A stretch of DNA of 63,642 bases, the filler included. It is 7 parts of 7 records of this genome, joined end to end, with 100 filler letters (N's around TTAATTAATTAA, not from the genome) between each part and the next. Parts side by side here need not be neighbours in the genome. Positions count along the whole stretch, not along the records: positions 19,739 to 26,642 come from DRR723986_22778; positions 26,743 to 32,113 come from DRR723986_22830; 5 more parts are not named here. One strand, 5' to 3'. The first letter of the stretch is position 1; every line of letters begins with the position of its first letter. This document shows positions 19,775-30,618 of this stretch, piece after piece. A model generated the notes under the pieces. It was not told where the DNA came from, did no database searches, and worked only from the letters and a program-made list of their open reading frames with translations. The translations under genes and the position numbers were made by a program.

Positions 19775-22700
19775 CGATTCCCACGGCGGCGGCGGATGGC
19801 GTGGCGTTCACGGACGTGGACACAGCGCAAGGGAGCATCCAAGGGATCGTGGTGGTGACGGGCGGGGCCGCCCTGACGGAGGCGTCGGGGGAACCCAACC
19901 AAGCGGACAACTTTGAGGTGTACTGGGCCACAGGCCCCGACGAGGCGGACCGGCTCGCCGGCCCCGCCTACACGTTCACGAGGGTGTACGAGCAGAGCGA
20001 CCCGCTGGAGTACGAGATGCCCGCCGCGCTGGACACGACCGCGGACTCGGTGACGCACGTCCACGTGGTGTCGACGAACGACGACGGCAACGGCCCGTTC
20101 ATTGCGCTGGAGCTGCATGACACGGTGGTGCCCACGGCCGCGGCGACGGGCGTGACGTTCGCCGACACGGACGCGGTGGCGGGCGTGGTGACCGGCGACG
20201 TGCAGTTCACGCGCGCCGGGGACGAGACCGCGATCACGGGCTACCGGCTGTACTTTGCCACAGGCGCTGCGGACACCGCCCGCGTCGGCGGCGCGTTCGC
20301 GACCGTCACCGTGGCCGCGCTGGGGGGCGCCGCGCTCGACGCCGCCACCGTCTCCCTCGCCGCGGAGCCCGTGGCGTCCGACCTGGGCACCCTGGCGCGC
20401 GTGCACGTGGTGTCGTACAACGCGGACGGCGAGGGCGCGTTCGCGGCGTCGGCCGCCTTTGCGGACAGCGGCGTGCCCGCGGACACCGTGGGGTCGCTGC
20501 AGTTCACGGACACGAACAAGGCGTGCGGCGTGGTAGGCGGCACGATCACGTTCAACCGGCTGCTGGACCAGCGCCAGGGCGAGACGGACGAGGTGGCGTC
20601 GTACGCGGTGTACTGGGCCACGGGCAACACGGCGGCCGACGTTGACGCCCTGGTCGGCACCGTGGCCACCACCAGCGAGCAGGCGGGCCAGCGAGCGTCC
20701 GTGTCCGTGTCCGACAAGGACGTGGGCGGGCTGGGCGCGTCGCCGCACGTGCTCGTGTTCGCGGTGGGCGGCGGAGGCGGCGAGGCGGAGGTGTTCGCGA
20801 GCGCCGCGTTCGTCGACCGGTGCGCGCCCGAGTCGGCGCCCTCGTTCACCGCGGCCACCGACGTGGAGACGGTGCTGGACGTGTTCGACGCCACGGTGTC
20901 GTTCGCGCACGCCGCGGACGAGGCCAACGTGGTCGGGTACCGCCTGTACTGGGCCACGGGCACGGCCGACACGGACCGCCTCGGCGCGTGGTTCTTCGAG
21001 GACGGCGCGGACGGCGGCGCGACGGCGGCGTCCGAGTTCACGCTTGCGTCGCTGGTGGACGTTGCGGCGAACGGCGTGACGCACATCCACGCCGTGGCGT
21101 ACAACGACGACGGCGAGGGCGCGTTCGACACGATCGCGGTGGTGGACGTGTTCACGCCCGTGGACGCCGCGTCCAACCTCGGCTTTACCGACACCAACCT
21201 GGACGCGCTCGTCGTCAGCGGCACGGTCACGTTCGATCGCGCCAGCAACGAGGGCGCGTCGGTGGACGGGTACCGGCTGTACTGGGCCACGGGCGCGGAC
21301 GCTGCTTCGCGGCTGGGCTCGTCGTTCGCGCAGGTCGCCGCCAGCCCGCCCGACGCCACCGCCTCGCACGACGTCGTCGACGCGGGGCTGACGGACACGG
21401 ACGACGGCAGCGAGATCACGCACCTGCACGTGGTGTCGTACAACAGCCTGACCGAGGGCGTGTTCGCCGCGCTGGCGATCGAGGACCTGGCCACGCCCGT
21501 GGGCACGGCGTCGGCGCTGTCCTTCACGGACGAGGACTCGGCCGCGGGCGACGTGGCGGGGTCGGTGGTGTTCACGCGCGCCGCCGACGAGCGCACGGGC
21601 CTGGCGGGGGCGATCTCGGCGTACGAGCTGTACTGGGCGACCTCGGCGACGGACGCCGCCGCGCGGGTCGGCGTCGCGTTCGCCACCGTGCCCGCGTCGT
21701 CGGGGTTCGCGGGCGATACCGAGACGATCGCGCTGGCGGGGACCGTCACGCTCGGCACGATCACGCACGTGCACTGCGTCGCGCTGAGCGCCTACTCGGG
21801 CGGGACGCTGCTGGCGCCCTCGTTCGCCTCGCACGAGGTCCGCGACAAGGCGGTGCCCACGAGCGCGGCGAGCGCGCTGCAGTTCACGGACGCCGACCTC
21901 GACGCCGACTTTGTGCAGGGCACCCTCGCGTTCACGCGCGCCGCGGGCGAGGGCGACGCGCCCGTCGTGACCGCGTACCGCCTGTACTTTGCCACCGCCG
22001 CGGGCCCGGCCGCCGCGCGCCTCCCCGCGCCCTTCGAGGAGCTCGCCGTGGCCGACCTGGCGGACGCCGAGACGGGCGTGTCGCTGGCCGTCAGCGCGCG
22101 CGACGTGTCGTGCCAGGGCGTGTCGCACGTCCACGTCGTGTCGACCAACTCGGACGGCGAGGGCGCGTTCGCGGCCGTGCAGGTCGACGACAACGCCGTC
22201 CCCGACGCGACCGCGCTCGCCACCGACCTCTGGTTCGTGGACGAGGACCTGGACCCGGGGTCGGTGTCGGGCACCTTCCAGTTCGCCCGCGCCGCCGACG
22301 AGCGCCACGGCTCGCCCGACGCCGTCGCGACGTACGAGGTGCACCTCGCCACGGGCACCGGCGCGGCGGCGCGCACCGAGCTGCTGGCGTCGCTCGACGT
22401 GTCCTCGGACCCGGCCGGCGAGGGCGCGGTGGAGAGCGTCGCGCTGGCGACGGCCCGCGACGCGTCGTCGTTCTCGCACTTCCACGTGCTGTGCAAGGGC
22501 CCCCACGGGGACGCGCCCTCGTTCGCGACGTTCCAGGCCCGCGACCGCGCGCTCCCCGTGGCCGCACCGGCGCTCACCGCTTTCCTCGACACCGACCCCG
22601 TGATCGGGCGGGTGGACGGCACGGTGGAGTTTGTGCGCGCGACGGACGAGGACGCCGCGGCGGACGACGGCGCCGGCGCCGTCGCCGGGTACCGCTTCTA

Positions 22701-25700
22701 CTGGGCGTCCGGCACCGCGCAGGGCGACCGCGCCGACGAGGCGTTCCACGCGGTCACGGTGGCGGAGCTGGACGGGGGGTCGTCGGCGGGCGACCCGGGC
22801 GCGCTCGACCTGGGCGGGCCCAAGACCCTCGGCGCGGCGACGCACGTCCACGCCGTGTCGTACGGCCGGGACGGCGAGGGCGCGTTCGCCACGCTCGCGG
22901 TGGTGGACTACCAGCAGCCGCTCGTCGCCGCCACGAGCCCCTCGCTGCTGGACACCAGCCTCGTGTTCGACGAGGTGGACGGCACGGTGACGTTCGCGAC
23001 GGCGGAGGGCGTGACGGCGTACGACCTGTACTGGGCGACCTCGGCCACCGACGAGGCCTCGCGCGACCCGGCAACGCCCTTTGCCTCGCTCACGGGCGTC
23101 ACCGGCGCCACGGGCTCGCACGCGCTGGGGTCGCCCAAGAACATCTCCTCTTCCTCCACGTCGCACGTGCACATCGTGTCCAAGTTCGAGGGCGTGGCAG
23201 GGTTCGGCGACGTGAGCGGCAGCTTCGCCGCGCTGGAGCTGTTCGACGAGGCGCTGCCCACCGCCGCGGCCACCGCGCTCGCGTGCACGGACACGGACAT
23301 GCGGCTGGGCTACCTGCAGTGCACGGTGGCGTTCACGCGCGCCGCGGCGGACGACGAGGCGGCGGGCAGCGCGCGCAACGTCTCGCGCTACGACCTCTAC
23401 TGGGCGGCGGGCGCGGACGAGGCCGACCGCTACAGCGCCCGGGCGTTCGCGTCGTTCCAAGCAGCAGAGGACGGGGCGGGCGCGCGCGAGGAGTGGGTGC
23501 TGGAGGCGCCGCAGCGGCTGGCCGAGTTCCAGGCGGCGCTCGGGGGCAGCGACGTGACGCACGTGCACGTGGTGTCGGCGAACGCCAACGGCGCGGGGGC
23601 GTTCGCCTCGCTGGCGCTGGAGGACAACGCGGTGCCGGTGGACGCGCCCACGGCGCTGGCGTTCGCGGACGAGAACTCGAAGCGCGGGTGGCTGTCGGGC
23701 ACCGTGTCGTTCCTGCGCGCCGCGGACGAGAAGAGCGCGAGCGCGGAGGTGGTGTCGGGGTACCGGCTGTTCTGGGCGGCGGGCTTCGACGCGGTGGACC
23801 GCGTGGGCAGCGCGTTCCACGACGCGCTGGTGAACCCCACGGACGGGGGCTCGGGCACGGCGCTGTCGTACGCGCTGGCCACGGCCAAGTTCACGCTGAC
23901 GGACGGCATCACGCACGTGCACGCCGTGGCGTACAACCGCGACGGGCAGGGGGCGTTCACGACGCTGCGGCTCGTGGACATGGCGGTGCCCGCGGACAAG
24001 GCCGCGGGGGCGGCGTTCATCGACGAGGAGCTGGACAAGGGCGTGGTGGGCGGCTTCTTGACGTTCACGCGCGCGGACAGCGAGCGGCCGGCGCGCACGG
24101 ACGAGATTTTGGAGTACCGCGTGTACTGGGCCAACGGCACGACCAGCGCGCTGCGCGAGACGGCGGGGTCGCACATCGCCACGTTCTCGATCGCGCAGGG
24201 CGGCACGCAGGGCTCCAGCGCCTCGGTGTACCTCACGCGGAGGTCGCTCCGCGGCACGCACCTGCACGTGGTGTCCACCAACGACGACGGCGAGGGCCTG
24301 AGCACCGCGTTCGCCGTGGCGCAGGTCACGGACCGCTACGCGCCGATCGTCTCGCAGGACGTGGACGCGTTCTACCGCGCCAACGAGGGCACCGACTTTT
24401 CCGTGGAGGTGGTGGCCACGCACGCCACCAGCCACCAGTGGTTTTTGGACGGCGTGGCGGTGACTGCGGCCGGCGCGTCGGGCCTTTTGGAGCTCCCGTC
24501 CATCGGCACCTCCTCCGAGGGCCTGTACCAGTGCGTGGCGTCCAACGAGTTCGGCAGCGCGTACTCGGCGGTGGCGATGGTGGAGGTGGTGCTCGACCCC
24601 GTGGTGCGCATGGAGCCGGTGGGGCGCAACGTGGACCAGGCCGACTCGGTGTCGCTGTCCGTGTCCGCCGTCCCCGGAAAGCACGGCGCGTCCGTGGCGT
24701 TCGCGTGGTTCCACAGCTCGGGCGAGCCCGTGGCGGAGGGCGCGGCGTACGTCGGCACGGCGGCCAGCGTGCTGACCTTCAACGCGACGCAGCCCGCGCA
24801 GGGCGGGCAGTACTACTGCGTCGTGTCCAACGCGGTGGGCGCGCTCGCGGTGCAGACCGCCACGGCGAGCGTGACGGTGCGCGAGGACCCCGTGGTGACG
24901 GGGTCGCCGTCGGACGTGACCACGGACCCGGGCACCACGGTGGTGCTCACGGCCAGCGGCACGGTGGGGGCGAACGGCGGGTCGCTGGAGTACCTGTGGT
25001 ACGACCTCAACGGCCCGCTGGCCGAGCGCTCGGGCGCCACGCAGGGCGTACAGACCTCCACCCTGACCCTGCTGTCCGTGTCGGCGGGCGCCAGCAGCAC
25101 GTACCACTGCGTGCTGGCCAACTCGGCCGGCGACCTGGTGCAGAGCACGGGGACGGCCGTGCTCGACGTGCGCACCGCGCCCGAGATCACCAGCACCGTG
25201 GCCTCCTTCCAGTTCGTGGACGCGGGCGCGAACCTCACCATCGCCATCACCGCGACCGGCAACGCCGGGCTGGCCACGTCGTTCCAGTGGAGCGACGCGG
25301 CCACGGGCCTGGCGCTCGTGGAGGGCGCCGCCACGCGCCTGTACGGCACGCAGACGTCGGCGCTGACCCTCGCCGCGGCGGAGCCGGGCGACGCGGGGTC
25401 GTACAAGGTGACGGTGTCGCAGGAGGGCAGCACGCTCTCGTCGTCGCAGACGTTCGCGGTGGCGGTGCGGCAGGCGCCCGTGGTGCTGCAGCAGCCCGCG
25501 TCCCTGCGCGTGGACGTGGGGCTCACGGCGGTGTTCATCGTCGCGGGGTCGGCCGACGACCACGGCGGCGCGCTGTCGTACCAGTGGTACAACGCCACCG
25601 ACGGCGCGGCCCTGCCCACGGGCGGGCGCTTCAGCGGCACGCGGTCCAACCAGCTGCGCGTCGTGTCGGCCCAGGTCGAGGACGCGGGCGACCTGTACGC

Positions 25701-26642
25701 CCTGCTGTCGCAGGCCAACGGCGCGCTTACCACGCGCACCGACGTGGTGCGGCTCAACGTCACGGCCTACCCCACCATCACGCAGCAGCCCGGGAACCTG
25801 ACGCTCACCGCGGAGCAGGGCTCGCTGGCGACGTTCGCGGTGGAGGTGGTGGCCGGCAGCGCCGACGCCGACCCCGTGTACCAGTGGGAGTTCAGCCAGC
25901 AGGCCAACGCCAACTTCCAGCCCCTGGAGGACTCGGCGGGCAAGGTCGAGGGCACCGCCACCGCGCTGCTGCGGGTGCACGACGTGGTGCTGGACGACGA
26001 CGCGTACTACCGCTGCACCGTGTCGCAGACGCTGGGGTCGCTGTCCGTCGCCTCCAGCGCGGCCCGCCTGCTGGTGCAGGCGCCCGTCTCCACCGAGATC
26101 GTGCGCATCGAGGTGCCCGGCCTGCGGCTGGGCGCGCTCACGGCCGACTCGATCACCCTCGCCTGGGACTACAGCACCGTGTACGACCGCTACGACATCC
26201 AGGCGCGCCCGCTCGACGGCGGTGGGGACACCCTGCCCGACTTTTCGGTGGTGGAGGAGGGGTACGACGCGGGCGCGTCGCCGTCGTACACGCTCGCCGG
26301 CATCAGCGGGCGCTACGAGCTCCGCGTGGTGTCGGGCTACACGTTCTACATGCCGCCCGCGACGCAGGGCGACGTGATCGTGGGAGTCACGGTGGCCGCG
26401 CGCCCGTTCGACACCCCCGTGACGGTGGTCAAGACGGGCATCGGCGCGACGTGGGTGAGCCTGTTCCTGGACCACGAGACGGCGACGTTCTTCCAGGTCG
26501 CGCTGTACTACAACGGCACGTACCTGAGCACCACCAACTACACGTCCACGGACGTCGTGGTGTCGCCGCTGAGCCCGTCGTACCTCTACACCATGGTCGT
26601 GCGCGCGGGCAACGCGTACGGCCTGCAGGCCGAGGGCAGCGC
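19775..26642 (+). CDS. Giant extracellular multidomain protein, internal fragment: 13 x ~115-aa FN3-like repeats, 6 Ig-like domains, 2 or more FN3 domains
   Basis: One open frame with near-exclusive G/C third positions; repeat consensus FTDxD..GTVTFxRAADE..YxLYWATG..THVHVVSxNxDGEG; Ig motifs YQW...GxYxCxxSN; truncated at both ends. Confidence 0.88.
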
Positions 26643-26742
26643 NNNNNNNNNNNNNNNNNNNNNNNNNNNNNNNNNNNNNNNNNNNNTTAATTAATTAANN
26701 NNNNNNNNNNNNNNNNNNNNNNNNNNNNNNNNNNNNNNNNNN
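26643..26742. other. Artificial contig spacer
   Basis: N44-TTAATTAATTAA-N44. Confidence 0.99.
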
Positions 26743-26743
26743 C

Positions 26744-26774
26744 GGTGTACGGGGGGTGTACAGGGGGTGTACAC
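26744..26774. repeat. Short tandem repeat of GGGGGTGTAC-like units at contig edge
   Basis: GGTGTAC occurs three times at 11-nt spacing. Confidence 0.55.
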
Positions 26775-26787
26775 AGGGCACCCCCCC

Positions 26788-27228
26788 TTATCGCGCCGCC
26801 ATCTGGGTCAGGGCGACACCCGCCGCCATCACCAGAATCCCGCTTGCGCGCACCAGGGTCAGCGGTGATTGCGTCGCCCCGAACAGGCCGAAATGGTCGA
26901 TCATCGCCGCCGAGACAAGCTGGCCCAACAGAACAAAGAACACCGCGTTTCCGACCCCGAAATGTGGGGCGACATAGGTGATGGACAACACGTAGAAGGC
27001 CACAAGAACTCCGGCAAGAAACAGGTGCCAGGGCTGGCCCGCCAACCGTGTCAGCGCTTGTGGTCCAGTGATCAGCATGACCGCGCAAGTCGCCGAAAGT
27101 GCAACGACAAACAGGATGAAAGCCGCTGCAGAGGGCGATCCGATATTGGCCCCGAGCCGGGCGTTCAAGGCGGCGAGAACCGGAATGCCGATGCCTGCGG
27201 CCAGCATGATCAGCGCGTGTTGGGTCAT
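26788..27228 (-). CDS. DMT-family transporter (YdcZ/DUF606-like)
   Basis: About five TM helices; LNARLG, PWHLFLAG, GQLVSAAMIDHFGLFG. Confidence 0.88.
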   Translation of the reverse strand: MTQHALIMLAAGIGIPVLAALNARLGANIGSPSAAAFILFVVALSATCAVMLITGPQALTRLAGQPWHLFLAGVLVAFYVLSITYVAPHFGVGNAVFFVLLGQLVSAAMIDHFGLFGATQSPLTLVRASGILVMAAGVALTQMAAR

Positions 27229-27288
27229 GATTTCGCTCTCCCTCGTGGCTCGCGCAAGCTGCGGCGGATCGAGAGAAGGTGCAAGGGG

Positions 27289-27972
27289 CTATGAACAGAT
27301 GCCGCGCAGATCGACCCCGTCCCACGGCAGCAGGATATCGGACTGGTTGATCCGGTCATGCAAAGGCGTAAGGTTCAGATATGGTTGAAGAATACCCTCA
27401 AGCCGTCCGGTGCGCGCGCCGTTGGGGTCGACGGCTCGGCAGCACACATATTCTTCGACAAGGCTGGCTTGCTGTTCAAATCCGTGGCTCAGGAAGTCGG
27501 GCGTTTCCTGCGGCACATCAAAGAGATAAGGGTCATCGCTGACCCAATGTTCCGACGCGCCGCGCAGCGGGTGATAGCCGGTCACCGCGCGGGTCTGCCA
27601 TTGCCAGATATGGGTCATCTCATGGGCAAAGAACATCGCCGCCACAAGGTGCAACTCGTCCGGATAACCCGCCAGATAGTCGTCCAGATAATAGTCGGGC
27701 GTCACCCAGATCCGCCGGAACGTAGCGATTCCTGCCGCACGGGTCTGGACGGTAAGTCCTTCTGGTGGTGGGAAAATCCTTTCGCGGCAGGTGACGCGCG
27801 GGCGCACGGGGCGGGTATGGCTGCGCAGCCCCACCAGCGGCATTTCCACGATGCGGATCGGGACCGGATCAAGGCCGGGCTGAAGCTCGGCCATGAAGCT
27901 CTGCTCTGCCTCGGTCAGGGGACGGCCGCAGGCGGCAAGAAGCAGGAAGAGGGCAATTATCCAGCGCAGCAT
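27289..27972 (-). CDS. Lipoprotein with zincin HExxH motif (putative metallopeptidase)
   Basis: Lipobox LAAC then RPLTEAE; AHEMTHIWQ; downstream EQQA third-ligand motif. Confidence 0.72.
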   Translation of the reverse strand: MLRWIIALFLLLAACGRPLTEAEQSFMAELQPGLDPVPIRIVEMPLVGLRSHTRPVRPRVTCRERIFPPPEGLTVQTRAAGIATFRRIWVTPDYYLDDYLAGYPDELHLVAAMFFAHEMTHIWQWQTRAVTGYHPLRGASEHWVSDDPYLFDVPQETPDFLSHGFEQQASLVEEYVCCRAVDPNGARTGRLEGILQPYLNLTPLHDRINQSDILLPWDGVDLRGICS

Positions 27973-28027
27973 GGTCCCAGCCTATCCGATCTGCCGGCAT
28001 TCGTCAGCAAAGTGCAACAGACATGCA

Positions 28028-28447
28028 TCAGACCACGTAAAAGGTCGCCTGCGCCCGCGCCACCGGTTTACCCGAAGGTTCGGCCACCATCTCGGCCTCG
28101 ACAAAGGCCATGGACTTGCCCGCCCGGACAATATCGGCGCGGCAGACGATCCACTCTCCGATACCGGGGCGAAGGAACTGGCAGGTGAAATTCGTAGTGG
28201 CCACGGGGCGGAACGACCCGAAAAACCCGGCTGTTGCCAGCACCATCGTTGTATCGGCCATGGTCATCAGCGCCTGACCAGAGATGATCCCGCCAACGCG
28301 CGCCAGCCGGTCGCTGTTGGGCATCCGCGAAATGGTGTGCGATTCGGCAACGTCGGTGATGTCCATGGCCAGGTCGCGCACCCAGGGTGCGAAATTATCG
28401 GCCAGAAAACCGTTCAGATCGGCACGTGTCAGGGCAGGGGATGTCAT
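28028..28447 (-). CDS. PaaI-family thioesterase (hotdog fold)
   Basis: GGIISGQALMTMADT; TTNFTCQFLRP; RAGKSMAF. Confidence 0.88.
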   Translation of the reverse strand: MTSPALTRADLNGFLADNFAPWVRDLAMDITDVAESHTISRMPNSDRLARVGGIISGQALMTMADTTMVLATAGFFGSFRPVATTNFTCQFLRPGIGEWIVCRADIVRAGKSMAFVEAEMVAEPSGKPVARAQATFYVV

Positions 28448-28665
28448 GGGGCTTGGCCTTTCCAGATTGGGCTGGCCACAGGTTAAGCCCTTGGCAAAGA
28501 AGCGGCAATCCCAGTCAGGTTATCCGATATCGAGACACTGACTTCCGCTGTCCGGCGGGCGATTTTGGATGACGCGGGCCGATCTGGCAGGATTTCGATG
28601 TCGGCTCCTCCCACCTCCGGCGCAACCCAATTGATCCAACTCACAAACCCCAAGGAATTTGACCC

Positions 28666-28941
28666 ATGAAGAAACCTGTTATGACCCTCGTTGCCGCGGC
28701 CCTGACCGTCGCGGCCATTGCCCCCGCCGCCTCGGCTGACATCATCGTGCTTGGCTCGCCCCTTCACGTGATCGAAGACGACGTGAAGCTGACGCCTCTG
28801 CCCGAGCCGCGCCCGCTGCCGTTCCCCTTCCCGGTTCTGATGCCGATGCCGCGTCCGTTCCCGCTGCCGGACACCTGCCTGAGCTGCCCGCCGATGCCGC
28901 TGCATTACACCCCGATCACACGCACGGTGATCCTGCGCTGA
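28666..28941 (+). CDS. Small secreted proline-rich protein with CxxC
   Basis: AAGGA RBS; signal peptide ending ASA; GC3-rich codons; PLPEPRPLPFPFP...CLSCPP. Confidence 0.7.
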   Translation: MKKPVMTLVAAALTVAAIAPAASADIIVLGSPLHVIEDDVKLTPLPEPRPLPFPFPVLMPMPRPFPLPDTCLSCPPMPLHYTPITRTVILR

Positions 28942-29002
28942 TCGGACAGCCCTGACCTTACCCTGAATCGCCCCGAGCACATCGAATTCTCGGGGCGCTT
29001 CC

Positions 29003-29539
29003 CTATCCGATGTCCCGCAGCCCGATCGACCGCCTGAGCGCGTTCATCGCCTGCATATAGGCCTCGTCGATCTGGTAATCCGTGGGCAAATCGTCGGGGG
29101 CGAACATGGTCTCCCACGTCTCGTCCCATTCGTATCCCGCATGAATGCGCCGGTCGCCAAGCGCATGCTCCACCACCGCGCGGATCTTGGCGTCTTCGCC
29201 TTGCCCGGTGAACGTGTGAAAACACAATTGCATGAACTCGAAATGCCGCTGATAGAAGTCTTCGGACAACAGATGGCGGTAGATATTCACCTCCCGGTCC
29301 AGCCGCCGCTTGGTGGCGATCATGTCGGGGGGAGAGACCTCTTTCCAATACCCCACCAACCGCCGGAAACAGTAGATCCGGTTCATGTCAGGCGCGATGC
29401 GGTCGTAGATGTCCAGCCGTTTGGCCAGAATGGGCCGGTTCTGCCACAGCGCCCCGTCAATGGACCGCAGCCGCCAGATCAACGCCCCCGCCAGACCGGC
29501 GAACACAAGCGCGAACAGAACCTGCAACCAAGGGGCCAT
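29003..29539 (-). CDS. Hypothetical protein with N-terminal membrane anchor
   Basis: AGGAGG RBS; N-terminal TM; host-like codon usage. Confidence 0.7.
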   Translation of the reverse strand: MAPWLQVLFALVFAGLAGALIWRLRSIDGALWQNRPILAKRLDIYDRIAPDMNRIYCFRRLVGYWKEVSPPDMIATKRRLDREVNIYRHLLSEDFYQRHFEFMQLCFHTFTGQGEDAKIRAVVEHALGDRRIHAGYEWDETWETMFAPDDLPTDYQIDEAYMQAMNALRRSIGLRDIG

Positions 29540-29574
29540 GCTATCCTCCTGCCTGTGACGCTAGCAGATGCGGG

Positions 29575-30273
29575 TCATCCCGTCACCGTCCGGCGCACCC
29601 ATGGGGTGAGTGAGATCAGCACCAGCCCGACCGAGAACAGACACCAGATCGCGGGCATCTCGTTTGGCGATTGCGCCAGCGTTGCCGCCAGGATCGGGCC
29701 GAGAAGCGCATGGACAAGGGCGTATCGCCACGCGCCATAGATGATCGGAAAGACGAATGCCGCAATCAGGTAGTCCGGGAACGGGATCCAATGTCGGAAC
29801 ACATCGCCCCCGAAGCGCCCCGCGAAATCCGATAGCGGCATGTCCCATGCCAGATGCCACGCGCCCGACAGGGTACACCATTGCGGACCACACAGCGTCG
29901 TGCCCGGCACGCATGCGCCCACCCACGCCATCGGCACCATGCGCATCAGCAACAGCAGAGAGACCACCGCCGTCAGCCCCATGATGGTGCGCCACATCCG
30001 GGCCGAGACGCCGCCGACAAGCGCCATGCCGAAGGCGTTGATGAACAGAGGTTGCAGCGCGATATGAACGTATGACAGCAGCGCCGAGGCCTGATTGCCC
30101 GGCAATTCGCATTGGTCGATGGTCTGGTAGCCCCAGAATTGTAGCGCCTCCATCGAGGCGAAAAAGGCCAGAGTGATCGGGATCGCGGGCGGATCACCGC
30201 GTTTCCAGGTGACGACCGTTGCCACGGCGCCCACGCCCACCATCGCCAGACTGGCCCCTTCGCTCCAACACAT
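29575..30273 (-). CDS. Integral membrane protein, DUF5765-like
   Basis: MCWS start, MEALQ, YVHIALQP, CTLSGAWHLAW, EMPAIWC motifs, recalled as DUF5765. Confidence 0.7.
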   Translation of the reverse strand: MCWSEGASLAMVGVGAVATVVTWKRGDPPAIPITLAFFASMEALQFWGYQTIDQCELPGNQASALLSYVHIALQPLFINAFGMALVGGVSARMWRTIMGLTAVVSLLLLMRMVPMAWVGACVPGTTLCGPQWCTLSGAWHLAWDMPLSDFAGRFGGDVFRHWIPFPDYLIAAFVFPIIYGAWRYALVHALLGPILAATLAQSPNEMPAIWCLFSVGLVLISLTPWVRRTVTG

Positions 30274-30547
30274 GCCCGTTCCCCCCGGTTGTATCCGTCA
30301 ACAGTTGCGCGCTGCGGGGGAGCGGTCAAGGGAAAGGGTGGAGATGTGCCCCGGCGCGGAACCAAGGCGAAGCCGCCGCGCCATCGTCATGCGGGACGCA
30401 TGCATCCGGCATGACGCGCCCCCGGCGGAGGCGATTTGGGAAGGGCTAGACGAGACGGAGAGGGAGCGCGGACATGGCAGCCATAAAGCGCGAGTCACAA
30501 GGTCAGGATCGCCCCCACGCGCGTCGTTAATGGCGCTTGGAACGGGG

Positions 30548-30613
30548 GAGGGTGGGCAGGTTGCCCATCCATGTTGGATGTTTTCGAATTGTGGGCAGGA
30601 CTGACCACTCTAC
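30548..30613. repeat. Degenerate inverted pair of GTAG-type REP palindromes
   Basis: GAGGGTGGGCAGGTTGCCCATCC and GTGGGCAGGACTGACCACTCTAC (reverse complement starts GTAG). Confidence 0.5.
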
Positions 30614-30618
30614 GGTTG

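Noticed and set aside
19687..26690. 2262-aa antisense ORF and 1956-aa alternative-frame ORF overlapping the giant gene
   Set aside because: Expected shadow frames of a gene with extreme GC3; translations are Arg/Gly/His-rich with no domain motifs
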